In this document: positions 1 to 9,505 of the stretch, in pieces | Layout of the letters: each line of letters begins with the position of its first letter | Numbering within the stretch: the first letter of the stretch is position 1 | Source: Dialister sp. | GTDB taxonomy: Bacteria > Bacillota > Negativicutes > Veillonellales > Dialisteraceae | Assembly (NCBI RefSeq): GCF_036343215.1 | Contig: NZ_JAZASU010000004.1 | Span: forward strand, 11,595-75,594 | Direction of reading: 5' to 3' | DNA: 64,000 bases | Translations under genes and position numbers: made by a program | Notes under the pieces: generated by a model | What the model was told of the DNA's origin: nothing | Database searches by the model: none | Seen by the model: the letters and a program-made list of their open reading frames with translations, nothing else

Positions 1-855
1 TACGAAGAAGTTCCTGCGAAAGCCATATTGAAATACAGGGCTGCCTTCAGGAAAAATGACAGGAAGAGGTACGACCGATTTCAGGATAAAGTGGAAAACC
101 GGGAAGCCTTCATTCACACCGATACCCTTCTTCCCTACGAAATCATCCGTCCCCTGCTCAATGACTATTTCAGGAGGAGACCCACTCCGTATGAAAAAAA
201 CCGGACCCTGGAAATCCTCTGGAATAACCAGAAAGACTATGCCGGCGGCCAGAATGCCCTCGCTGTGATCGACGGTTCCGGCTCCATGTACAACGGGGGG
301 AATCCCCTGCCCGCCGCAGTGGCCCAGTCCCTGGCCCTTTACTTTGCAGAAAGAAATACAGGGTCCTTCGGAAATCGGTTCATCACTTTCTCCGAAACGC
401 CGCAGCTGGTGGAAATCAGAGGAAATACCCTCGCAGAGAAGCTGCACCATATTTCTACCTTCAATGAATGCGCCAATACAAATCTCAAAGCGGTTTTCGA
501 GCTCATTCTGAATGCTGCCGTGAAACACCATATCCCGCAGAAAGAGCTCCCTGAAAAGCTCTACATCATTTCAGACATGGAATTCGACGACTGCATGGAA
601 GAAGGGGATGTGACGAACTTCGAATACGCGAAGAAAATCTTCCGGGAGGCGGGCTGCCGTCTTCCTCAGGTCATTTTCTGGAATGTGGCTGGTGATACGA
701 GGCAGTTTCCCGTGACCCTTCATGAAACGGGCACCCTTCTGGTATCCGGCTGCCATCCCATCCTCTTCCGCCAGATCCTTGAAGGGAAAACGGATCCTTA
801 TGCATTTATGCTTGAAATTGCAGGAGGTAAACGATATGAACCGGTTACCGCCTGA
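1..855 (+). CDS. DUF2828 family (TROVE/Ro-like, vWA-containing) protein, 5'-truncated by the window edge
   Basis: Frame is open from base 1 (YEEVPAKAILKYRAAF...). MIDAS-like VIDGSGSM, NTNLKAVFELIL, IISDMEFD and VIFWNV motifs are typical of the DUF2828 C-terminal vWA domain. Confidence 0.8.
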   Translation, partial: YEEVPAKAILKYRAAFRKNDRKRYDRFQDKVENREAFIHTDTLLPYEIIRPLLNDYFRRRPTPYEKNRTLEILWNNQKDYAGGQNALAVIDGSGSMYNGGNPLPAAVAQSLALYFAERNTGSFGNRFITFSETPQLVEIRGNTLAEKLHHISTFNECANTNLKAVFELILNAAVKHHIPQKELPEKLYIISDMEFDDCMEEGDVTNFEYAKKIFREAGCRLPQVIFWNVAGDTRQFPVTLHETGTLLVSGCHPILFRQILEGKTDPYAFMLEIAGGKRYEPVTA

Positions 856-1303
856 AATTTATAAAATGCCCCGGGGGCATGCCTGTCAGTCAGGACGGGC
901 CCTGTCCATTCCTGTCAGCCGTTCTCCGCCTGACGCGTAGTTTTAAAAGTGGATATGACATCTGGATTGTCCCTGGTCATGCCATGGATGCAGATGCCAA
1001 CAGCAAACTTCCAACATGTTACTGATCAGCATCGCTGCTGCGATTCACCATAAAATGCAGCGGCAGCCCTGCGCAGGAGATCAACGGATTCCTTCGGCGG
1101 AAGCCGGAAAAGAGCCGAATCATGCAGAGCTTCTATCCGATAAAGTCTTCATCTGGATCAATTCTTCAGGTGCTCACAGCCCTATTTCTTCCGAAGAAAC
1201 GCTCATGAAGCAGGGCCCATACCCCGGGGCAATCCCATCATGAGTTGTTGAAAAACGCATCTGGTTCGTTTTGATTCTGCGGATGAACGCTTTTATCAGA
1301 TCC

Positions 1304-1346
1304 AAAAAGACCGTACAGAATGATTTTCATTCCGTACGGTCTTTTT
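1304..1346. terminator. Bidirectional intrinsic terminator
   Basis: AAAAAGACCGTAC-loop-GTACGGTCTTTTT inverted repeat between convergent transcription units. Confidence 0.75.
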
Positions 1347-1414
1347 ACGACAGTGATCAGGTCACCGATACTGAACAATTTGCTCTTAAAGTCATTTATG
1401 ATTTTCCGGTTCTT

Positions 1415-3016
1415 TCATCTTTTCAGGCATACCGAATCAATCCACCGGAAGAGCTCTTCCAGGTCGTAATCTCCCCCGTGGCCCACGTCCCAGGGAGAGA
1501 AGAAATCCACTTTATACCCCGCATTCCGAAGTTTCAATGCCAGCACGGCAGGGACGGCAATGGTGGTATCCGTATCTTTCTCTCCGTGGCGGATGCGCCA
1601 ATATTTCGCAGTATCCACACCTTTTTCCCCGATATAATTCAGAGGATTCATCATGCGGATGATATCTTTGTCCGCCATGCCCGGTTTCCTGGCGGTATTG
1701 TGATGGGAGGAAAAGCCGGTGAAATGGAGTTTGTCTTTCTTTGCCGTGCCGAATTCCTGATTTTCCGCCGAGGACAGATCGAAGGCGTCAAAGGCAGGGG
1801 TCCCCTTGAGGCGGCCCACGGTTTCTGCATATTTCTCAAGATCCACGTCATAGACGTTCCCATAGCGCACTTTGAGCCAGGTGAGGTCATTCAGCTTTTT
1901 ACCCGCATACACCGCTTTCTGGGCAGAAGCTTCGTAGAGACCTGCGATATAATCGGCAAAGGGTCCCGTGCCGTCTTCATCGAGATAGAGCCAGCGCCCT
2001 TTTTCATCTTCCAGCGCCAGGTCATTGACGTAACGGATATACATCTTTTTCAGTTCTTCCGCTGCCCTGATTTCTTTGTCCGTGAGAGTTTTCACCTCTC
2101 CTGCCGGCGGCGCATTGTCCGGAAGGGTCTGGGACGGTTTTTCTCCGTTTTCCGCTGGAGCCCCTCCGGGAGATTTGTCTCCCGCGGGAGCGGCGGGCAT
2201 TTTCCTGTTTCTCTGATTATAGGTATGGACGTGGCTGAACATCCACTCATAGGCCATATCCGCATGGTCCAGGTCCGTGATGGGGCAGTATACGGAGGAG
2301 CCATAAATATCGTCCCTTTCATCCGCGGCGCCTAAAGCTTTGAGGTAAGGTTCGTAATCTTTCGCATTGCCCGTGGCGCCGATCAGGGAAGAAAGAGCTC
2401 CGCCGGACGAAGTGCCGTTGGAAATTATTTTTTCCGTGTCTCCGGGAAGGATGCCTTTATTGTGGCGAAGATAGCGGACCGCCGCCTTCATATCCACGAT
2501 ACAGGCAGGAGCCTTTCCCGTATATTTCCCCTTTGCATCCTGATTCGTCCGCCCCCGGGCACCCGGAGCAGCCACTACATAGCCATGGTCCAGGGCAGAG
2601 AGAATCGCATTGGGCCCGCCGGTCATCCGGTCATTTTCCAGAGGCGTCCCCGCCTTCCCGGGCATGTAGCCTCCCACCGTATTGGGAAGGAAAATGGGCG
2701 CCGTTTCTGCCGTATAGCCATGAATCGTTTCCCCCTGGAAATACCCTTCGGGGACGTAAATATTCATGGTCTGGTACTCTTTGTCTACCGGTTTGGCCAC
2801 ATAGAGAAGGTTCCTATAGGCACGGAACGTCACGTCCCGGCCTTCCACCTTCATGGTCATGGTTTCATAATTGTCGGCAGAAAGGTCCAGCGGCGAGGCG
2901 GCTTTGATTTCCTGAAAAAGGGGCGGCACTTCTCCCCCTTTTGCCGAAACATTCCAGGGCAGGAGGAGAGCCGATGCCGCAAGAAGAGCCAGCCCGTATT
3001 TCCTTACCATTCTCAT
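1415..3016 (-). CDS. Subtype B tannase-like secreted alpha/beta-hydrolase esterase
   Basis: Start reassigned to ATG 3016 (RBS GAAAGGGAG). Signal peptide MRMVRKYGLALLAASALL, GTSSGGALS nucleophile elbow, YCPITDL, RHGEKDTD and PWDVGHGGDYD motifs. Confidence 0.8.
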   Translation of the reverse strand: MRMVRKYGLALLAASALLLPWNVSAKGGEVPPLFQEIKAASPLDLSADNYETMTMKVEGRDVTFRAYRNLLYVAKPVDKEYQTMNIYVPEGYFQGETIHGYTAETAPIFLPNTVGGYMPGKAGTPLENDRMTGGPNAILSALDHGYVVAAPGARGRTNQDAKGKYTGKAPACIVDMKAAVRYLRHNKGILPGDTEKIISNGTSSGGALSSLIGATGNAKDYEPYLKALGAADERDDIYGSSVYCPITDLDHADMAYEWMFSHVHTYNQRNRKMPAAPAGDKSPGGAPAENGEKPSQTLPDNAPPAGEVKTLTDKEIRAAEELKKMYIRYVNDLALEDEKGRWLYLDEDGTGPFADYIAGLYEASAQKAVYAGKKLNDLTWLKVRYGNVYDVDLEKYAETVGRLKGTPAFDAFDLSSAENQEFGTAKKDKLHFTGFSSHHNTARKPGMADKDIIRMMNPLNYIGEKGVDTAKYWRIRHGEKDTDTTIAVPAVLALKLRNAGYKVDFFSPWDVGHGGDYDLEELFRWIDSVCLKR

Positions 3017-3084
3017 AAATGCTCCCTTTCTAAAACAAGAATCATCTATCTGTAAAGTATCATGAGAAATATGTTTTTGCAAGC

Positions 3085-3115
3085 AAAAAGCCCGGCTCTT
3101 TCGAGCCGGGCTTTT
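3085..3115. terminator. Intrinsic terminator
   Basis: AAAAAGCCCGGCTC-tttc-GAGCCGGGCTTTT. Confidence 0.75.
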
Positions 3116-3303
3116 CGTTCCCAAGTCGTTAAAAAGGTAACACGAAGAAAACAGACTGTTTCCTGTCTCAAAGAATTTCCATCTGATTGCTGAAGATCTT
3201 CATTTCGGTACCGATTCGGGAAAAACTCATCGCTCCCCGTCCCGCATTCCATGGTTGCGCGCTGCGGGACCCTGCGGGGAACGATTTATTTCTCTCTATA
3301 GAT

Positions 3304-3346
3304 ATAGTAGAAAAAAATTGCGTTTTGTATCATTAATTTTTCATTA
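3304..3346 (-). promoter_or_regulatory. Candidate activator-dependent promoter (TAATGA-N5-TAATGA, -10 TACTAT)
   Basis: Near-identical arrangement recurs at 32985-33026 on the + strand. Confidence 0.5.
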
Positions 3347-3378
3347 AGTCTACAAAATTCTCTGCCATCAAGGAGGAT

Positions 3379-4797
3379 TCAATCTTCTCCCGCATGACGG
3401 ATGCCGGTGTATTTGTGGATTTCTTCACTCGTCGTAATGAGGTCTTTTACGGAAAGGTCATGGATATCATGATGGCCTGTGACTCTGGCAAAAGAGGCCA
3501 GTTCGGAGAAAGCCACCTTGAAATAGTTGGCCACTCTCTGTGCCCCGATATCCACATGGAGACGCTTCCGGAGTTCCGGATCCTGGGTAGCAATGCCTAC
3601 GGGGCAATGACCACTCCCGCAAATCCGATACTGCTGGCAGCCCAGGGCCATTAAAGCTCCCGTAGCGACTGCAATGGCATCAGCTCCCATGGCAATGGCT
3701 TTGGCAAAATCTGCGCTCGTCCGAAGTCCCCCGGTAATGACGAGGCTCACGTCGGAATGCTGTTCATCCAGATATTTCCTTGCCCGGGCAAGGGCATAAA
3801 TGGTGGGAACCGTGGTCGCTTCACGGAGCAGGAAGGGGCTCGAGCCCGTAGCGCCGCCCCGTCCATCGATGGTGATGAAATCAGGCTTTGCAAAGAGGGC
3901 AAATTTCAGATCCTTTTCAATGTGCCCTGCCGCCAGCTTGATGCCGATCGGCCGTCCCTCGGAAATTGTCCGCAGTCTGGCAACGAACGCTTTCAGGTCT
4001 TCTTTCGTTTTTATTTCCTTGAACTTACTGGGGCTCTGGATATCCTCGCCCACCTTCTTGCCACGAATTTCCGCGATTTCCGGAGTGACCTTTTCTCCCG
4101 GAAGATGGCCGCCCATGCCGGGCTTCGTGCCCTGACCGATCTTGATCTCGATGGCGTCCGCTTCTTTCAGGTTCTTTTCCGTCACGGAGTACATATTCGG
4201 GATGATTTCAAAGATATACTTGTAGGCTGCCGCCTTTTCTTCCGGAAGGATGCCCCCTTCGCCGCTGCACATGGCCGTCTTTGCCAAAGCCGTCCCCTTT
4301 GACAAAGCCTCTTTGGCTTCCTTCGAAAGGGCGCCGAAAGACATGTGGGACACATAAACCGGTCCGTCAAGAATCATGGGCTTTGCCGCATGTTTGCCGA
4401 TCACCGTTTTCAGGTTCACTTCTTCATCATCAAAAAGAGGCGCCGGATTCAGCTGCCCCCCCAGGAGAAGAATATCTTCCCATTTCGGAAGGGGAAGACG
4501 GGTGCTCATGCAGGCATGAAGAGTCTTTCCGGTGACCGCCATTTCATGGATTTCCCACATGGCACGGACCTTCGGGTCCTCCCTGGCCGTTTCAGGATCA
4601 TAGGCAAGAGAAATTTCTTCTTTTGCCGGAGTCTCCGGAGCTGCCGGAGCCCGTCCTGCATCCTCAGATTCCTCAATCTTCACGAAATTGCTCACGTCTT
4701 CCCGGCACTTCGGGCAGAACTTCAGCTCGGAAATGGGCTTTCCTTCCTTTTCTTCATCATAAATATAACCACATATCCTGCACTTGTACCTGGCCAT
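3379..4797 (-). CDS. Rubredoxin-domain / FMN-binding glutamate synthase (GltB domain 2) family protein
   Basis: N-terminal CRICGYIYD...CPKC; SHMSFGALS, IKIGQGTKPGMGGHL, ITIDGRGGATG and CQQYRICGSGHCPVG motifs. Confidence 0.87.
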   Translation of the reverse strand: MARYKCRICGYIYDEEKEGKPISELKFCPKCREDVSNFVKIEESEDAGRAPAAPETPAKEEISLAYDPETAREDPKVRAMWEIHEMAVTGKTLHACMSTRLPLPKWEDILLLGGQLNPAPLFDDEEVNLKTVIGKHAAKPMILDGPVYVSHMSFGALSKEAKEALSKGTALAKTAMCSGEGGILPEEKAAAYKYIFEIIPNMYSVTEKNLKEADAIEIKIGQGTKPGMGGHLPGEKVTPEIAEIRGKKVGEDIQSPSKFKEIKTKEDLKAFVARLRTISEGRPIGIKLAAGHIEKDLKFALFAKPDFITIDGRGGATGSSPFLLREATTVPTIYALARARKYLDEQHSDVSLVITGGLRTSADFAKAIAMGADAIAVATGALMALGCQQYRICGSGHCPVGIATQDPELRKRLHVDIGAQRVANYFKVAFSELASFARVTGHHDIHDLSVKDLITTSEEIHKYTGIRHAGED

Positions 4798-4958
4798 AAT
4801 GGACCTCCTTTATAAAAATTGTTTCAGCCCTTCCCCAAGGCGCCTGAAACAGGATTTCCAATCGATGAAAGACAAACTCTTACTTTAATTATAACGGCAA
4901 AGAATTTTTTAATCAATAAAACGAATACATGGAAATGTTCATCGTCCGGGGCCTTTTC

Positions 4959-5060
4959 AGGCAAAGCAAAAGAGCCCATCCTTTCGAATGAGCTCTCATT
5001 GTGGCGGAGAGAGGGGGATTCGAACCCCCGTGACGGTATTCGCCGTCAACATAATTTCCA
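4959..5060. repeat. att-like direct repeat: 3' half of tRNA-Ser plus its terminator (second copy 8225-8326)
   Basis: About 102 bp identical to 8225-8326 except two mismatches. Identity ends in the anticodon loop. Confidence 0.92.
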
Positions 5061-5389
5061 GGTACACCTGTTAACGTCCAACAAATATTTTTCTGTCAAG
5101 GTGTCGCAAAATACCCGATTTTATCGTATATTCTGTCACTTCGAATGTTTACGGATATTTCTTTATGCTGACATCTTTCCCATCAAAGCTGATGATGTCC
5201 CCTTCAGGAAGCGTAACCATTCTATTGCCGACATGGTCAGGATCGTCCATGCTGAAAAGGATGGATTCCCCAAAACCATGTCCTCCTGTTTCCTGTGCCG
5301 TCAGTGTTACAGGTTCTTCTGATTTCATTGGCCTTTATTTCACGCAGAAAAGACTTCTTCGTTGTTCACTCGCCCTCGTGATTCTACTT

Positions 5390-5651
5390 TTACAGCTTAT
5401 AGCTCATACAATTGTATGAAAAGAAGAAGATGAAAAGGACACCGAAAATATAGAGCCAGATACCGATGTTGTGCGTACCACCCTTTTCCCTTTCCAGCCA
5501 TCTGCTGAGACTGTATACCCCCAGACCAGGGACAAAAGCTCCTGGACCAGCCCAAAATGATTTCAGCACCACGACCAGTCAGGTTATAAAAAGCAAACTG
5601 CCCAGGCAGCTGATGAGATATGAAATCTGAAATCACAGCTGCCATGGGCAA
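5390..5651 (-). pseudogene. Decayed small membrane protein gene (frameshifted)
   Basis: RBS AGAAGGTGAT then MAAVISDFISHQLPGQFAFY; hydrophobic C-terminal part lies in another frame (5390-5572). A second decayed copy lies at about 7800-7990. Confidence 0.35.
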
Positions 5652-5691
5652 TCACCTTCTTTATACCAATTCTTTTTTTATTGCTGTGTCC

Positions 5692-6525
5692 TTATCCCAT
5701 GACTTTCCCTATCCAGCCGCAGATGGTTTTGGCCAGGACTAATCTGGCCGTATCCATCCCGTGGTTAGAAGGCAACAGCACATAGTCATGTATGGCTTTA
5801 GTACCTGCGGTCTGCAAGGCCTTCCAGAAAGGATCCAGGATGACGGCAGGCGGTGTAACAGGGTCCTTAGTACCACCTATCAGCAGCAGATTGTGGTCCT
5901 TGAAATAAGGAGCGGAACCGGCAAATCTCCATTCTTCCTGGTGACTGATGCTATCCTGCCATAATTCTTCAAAATCCTTTACGTGGAGCACTGTGGCGAA
6001 CTCCTTGAATTCCTGCTTCAGCAGAGGCTCGGTTTCATCTCCGTGCAATACCGTATGGTCCAGGGGACAGTAGGCAATGACCCCGCGGATAAAGGGGCGT
6101 TTTCTGGCCGCATTGATAACAGTAGAGCCGCCGGCGGAGTGACCAGCTAAAAAGATAGCATCCGGATCAATGCCATATTTTTCCACCCCTGTAGTCCGGG
6201 CCCAGTCTGTGGCTGCCAGGCAGTCTTCCAAACAATGGGAGAAGGTATAGTCCCCATCACTGCCCCAGGCGCCCCGGTGATACAGCCGGATTACCACACA
6301 GCCTATGCGACGCAGGCATTGGGCCAGATCATCAAAGTTGTTGGTGCCAGGAATCCCATGGCACATGATTACGGCAGGATGAGGAGCCTCATAGATACCA
6401 CTGGGCAGATAGAGTTCTCCCAGCATCCGGTCTCCGTTTACAGGAAGTATGAAATCCAGGGAATCCGGGAGAGGAGCGTCTCCATAGTCCGGTTCCTGAA
6501 GAACGTAATTCGCATTAAGTATCAT
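5692..6525 (-). CDS. Alpha/beta hydrolase (peptidase S9/esterase-like)
   Basis: CHGIPG, HRGAWGS, GHSAGG nucleophile, GGTKDPV and SNHG triad elements. ATG 6525 overlaps the upstream stop. Confidence 0.82.
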   Translation of the reverse strand: MILNANYVLQEPDYGDAPLPDSLDFILPVNGDRMLGELYLPSGIYEAPHPAVIMCHGIPGTNNFDDLAQCLRRIGCVVIRLYHRGAWGSDGDYTFSHCLEDCLAATDWARTTGVEKYGIDPDAIFLAGHSAGGSTVINAARKRPFIRGVIAYCPLDHTVLHGDETEPLLKQEFKEFATVLHVKDFEELWQDSISHQEEWRFAGSAPYFKDHNLLLIGGTKDPVTPPAVILDPFWKALQTAGTKAIHDYVLLPSNHGMDTARLVLAKTICGWIGKVMG

Positions 6526-7783
6526 TATATAATTCGCCCTTTCCACTCAAATTTTTCTTATACCAGTCTTTACCGTGGAAGATACGGGTAATCAACATAG
6601 AGACAACCGTATCACCACAGGAGTTCAACAGAGTGCAGCCTGGGTCGAACAGTTCGATAACCATCAGCAGGATGGGGAAGGCACTTTCTGGCAGGTGGAA
6701 CACGGACAAAATCATGGTTTCGCCGGCAGCACCGCCACCAGGAACAGAAGATGTAGCTACGGAGGAAGCCACACCGATGAAGATAACCAGCAAATAATCA
6801 AAGCCCATCAAAGGACGACCGAAGATCGTGGTTGCCAGAACCTGGGCATAAACCATGGCGATGCAGGCACCATCCATGTGGCAGGTAGCCCCCATGGAGA
6901 CAACTACGGAAGAGATATCCCGAGGTATACCCAGCTTATCACAGGCTTCCATCTGCAGAGGAATGGTAGCTGCAGAAGAACGGGTACCCAGTGCAGTCAG
7001 AGCCGGTGCCAGGATAACTTTGAAATAATTCCGGATGCCCCAGGTACCGGCAGCCAGATAAGCATAGAAGCCAAGGAATACGAAAAAATATACGATTACA
7101 ACGCCGTAGAACACCAGCATAGCGCTGCCATAAGTCTTCAGCAAGTCAACGCCATAAGTGCCGGTCAGGTCGGCGAAATAAGCACCTAAGCCGATAGGAG
7201 CGGCCTTCATGAGGACGGCTACCATCTTATAGCAGACGAGGGTCATAGCATTCATCCATTCTACGACAGGCTTTGCCGGTTCACCGACGAGGGTAACACA
7301 GAGTCCGAAGAAGATACTCAGGATGATTAAAGGAAGCACGTGAAACCGCGAAATCAGAAGGGGCATATCCCCTACGGTCAGGGTATCTACAATCTGCTGA
7401 CCAATGGGAACGGGCTTGGCAGCCTGAGCTGTTTCAGGTGCAGCAAAGGAAGAAGGCACACCAGTGAATTGCGTGACAATAAGAATCAGCACACCGGAAA
7501 TAATTGCCGTCAGAATGAAGATAATAAGGGTATAGCCAAGCATCTTCCCTACTTTGCCCGTATCCTTCGTATTAGCGATAGAACCGGCAATGGAGAAGAA
7601 AATCAAAGGTACGATGAGACAGAATAATAAGTTCAGGAAAATCTGACCGACAGGCTTCAGGAAAGAAGCCTTGTCCCCCATGGTGAGACCGATGATAGCG
7701 CCCGCTATACAGAAAGCAATCAAGATAAGAGGGCCTCGATAGTTAGACAGCGTAGATCGTTTTGACGATGATTCAGTAGACAT
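6515..7783 (-). CDS. Dicarboxylate/amino acid:cation symporter (DAACS/SDF family)
   Basis: About 10 hydrophobic segments; TRSSAATIP, GATCHMDG, SVPGGG and TLLNSCGD motifs. Confidence 0.9.
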   Translation of the reverse strand: MSTESSSKRSTLSNYRGPLILIAFCIAGAIIGLTMGDKASFLKPVGQIFLNLLFCLIVPLIFFSIAGSIANTKDTGKVGKMLGYTLIIFILTAIISGVLILIVTQFTGVPSSFAAPETAQAAKPVPIGQQIVDTLTVGDMPLLISRFHVLPLIILSIFFGLCVTLVGEPAKPVVEWMNAMTLVCYKMVAVLMKAAPIGLGAYFADLTGTYGVDLLKTYGSAMLVFYGVVIVYFFVFLGFYAYLAAGTWGIRNYFKVILAPALTALGTRSSAATIPLQMEACDKLGIPRDISSVVVSMGATCHMDGACIAMVYAQVLATTIFGRPLMGFDYLLVIFIGVASSVATSSVPGGGAAGETMILSVFHLPESAFPILLMVIELFDPGCTLLNSCGDTVVSMLITRIFHGKDWYKKNLSGKGELYNDT

Positions 7784-8267
7784 AAAAACTCCCCCTTAAA
7801 AACATAATATATATTAAATTATATTCCTTTAACGGAGAAAAGGGAAGAGTATATAAAAGACAGTGTAGAGTACATTGCGGGGCTTCGCAAACCTGGAAGA
7901 AATTTTTCCTGACCAGACAGGATAAAAAGCAAACTGCCCGGGCAGCCAATGAAATTGGTAATTTATACAGTCTCCACAATGATCACCTCCTTTCTTTTAA
8001 GCAGTTTTACTATCATGTTGTTACTTGTAGGAAAGAAATTGATCATTGAATACCCGGTTATCCTTTTGGATTCATACCCGGAAGTAGTTTTCCGGCAAAT
8101 CAGTTATGACGAAAAATTAAACAAATCCTCATTATTTACAGTTTTTACAACTTTCCGAAAAATTTCAAATCATTGTCAAAATGTTGTCAGTAACCAGAAT
8201 TTTTGTGGATGTCACAATCAAAAGAGGCAAAGCAAAAGAGCCCATTCTTTCGAATGAGCTCTCATTG

Positions 8268-8359
8268 TGGCGGAGAGAGGGGGATTCGAACCCCCGTGAC
8301 GGTATTCGCCGTCAACATGATTTCCAATCATGCACCTTAAACCGCTCGGACATCTCTCC
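8268..8359 (-). tRNA. tRNA-Ser(GGA)
   Basis: GGAGAGA acceptor stem, anticodon arm CATGA-TTGGAAA-TCATG, long variable arm, GGTTCGAATCC T-arm, encoded CCA. Confidence 0.97.
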
Positions 8360-8427
8360 ATGCTGCTTATCCCTAGCCTTGTGACCAGCGACTTATTTGA
8401 TTACGTCAGTGGTTGACTGACTTGATT

Positions 8428-8456
8428 AGTATAACAAGCGGGGCGGAATATGTCAA
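8428..8456 (-). promoter_or_regulatory. Sigma70/A promoter of tRNA-Ser
   Basis: TTGACA-17-TATACT upstream of the tRNA. Confidence 0.75.
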
Positions 8457-8667
8457 GGGATTTTTTTGAAATATTTTTATAGAAGTAATCAATGGGTGAG
8501 CATGCCGAATCATAGGAAATGATTCTTTTTATTAATAAGATTGGCTGGCGGCAAGCCAGCCACATCCTTCCCGATTCCCCCGATCACCCCGACAGCCCCG
8601 ACACTCCCGAAACAAAAGTAAAGATACCCTGCAGTAATCCCTTCGAATCAGAAGTTTTTTCACTCCT

Positions 8668-9438
8668 TCAATACAGCACCTCCACCAGCGTCAGTCCCTG
8701 GGGAGGAGCCGTGAAGCCGGCTTTTGACCGGTCTCTGGCGGCAAGGATGGAGGAAATATCGGTATCCCTTTTCTTTCCTTCCCCGATTTCCACCAGGGTT
8801 CCCGTGATGATGCGAAGCATATTCTGCAGGAATCCGTCTCCCCGATAGTCGATCCGGAGTTCTCCATCCCTCTCAGTAATTTCAATGGTGGTAATGGTGC
8901 GGACTGCTGATTTCTTCAAATGCTTATTTCCACAGAAAGAAGTGAAATCATGGGTGCCGATGAGAAAGCCCGCTGCCACGCGCATGGCGATGATATTGAG
9001 ATTCTCTCCCAGCTGCCACACATAGCGGCGTTCAAAGACGTTTTTCTCTGAGGAAATACGGATGCGATAACGGTAATGTTTCTCCTTCGCCGAGAACCGG
9101 CTGTGAAACCGTTCTTCCTTTTCCTCCATATGGGAAATGGAAATATCGTCCGGAAGGGCGCGGTTCAGTTTGTCCTGAAGCTCAGAGAGCGGCATGCTTT
9201 TTGCCATATGAACGTTGGCATACTGCCCCAGGGCATGGACTCCCGCATCCGTCCGCCCCGCCCCGATGACCTGCACCTTTTCTCCCGTCACCTTTTCAAA
9301 AGCGCTTTCCATCTTCCCCTGAATCGTCTCCCCCGTCCGTACCTGCCGCTGCCAGCCCTCATACCGAGCGCCGTCATAAGAAACGATGAAACCATAATTG
9401 ATCATGCCTGTCACCTCGTAAATCTGATTTTTCTTCAT
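8668..9438 (-). CDS. truA: tRNA pseudouridine(38-40) synthase
   Basis: SYDGARYEGWQRQ, GAGRTDAGVHA, GTHDFTSF, GFLQNMLR and APPQGL motifs. Confidence 0.93.
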   Translation of the reverse strand: MKKNQIYEVTGMINYGFIVSYDGARYEGWQRQVRTGETIQGKMESAFEKVTGEKVQVIGAGRTDAGVHALGQYANVHMAKSMPLSELQDKLNRALPDDISISHMEEKEERFHSRFSAKEKHYRYRIRISSEKNVFERRYVWQLGENLNIIAMRVAAGFLIGTHDFTSFCGNKHLKKSAVRTITTIEITERDGELRIDYRGDGFLQNMLRIITGTLVEIGEGKKRDTDISSILAARDRSKAGFTAPPQGLTLVEVLY

Positions 9439-9505
9439 TATAGCATGAAATGAGCCGTTAGCCGTCAGCAGTTAGCCGTTAGACGATAATCAGCCGTTTA
9501 CGCTA

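Larger units (their letters stand above)
4959..8326. mobile_element. Integrase-less genomic islet integrated at tRNA-Ser(GGA)
   Basis: Flanked by the tRNA-3'-half direct repeats. Carries a transporter, a hydrolase and decayed ORFs. No recombinase is visible. Confidence 0.6.

Noticed and set aside
5002-5060. Second tRNA-Ser gene
   Set aside because: Only the 3' half up to the anticodon loop is present; the D-arm and 5' acceptor strand are missing.
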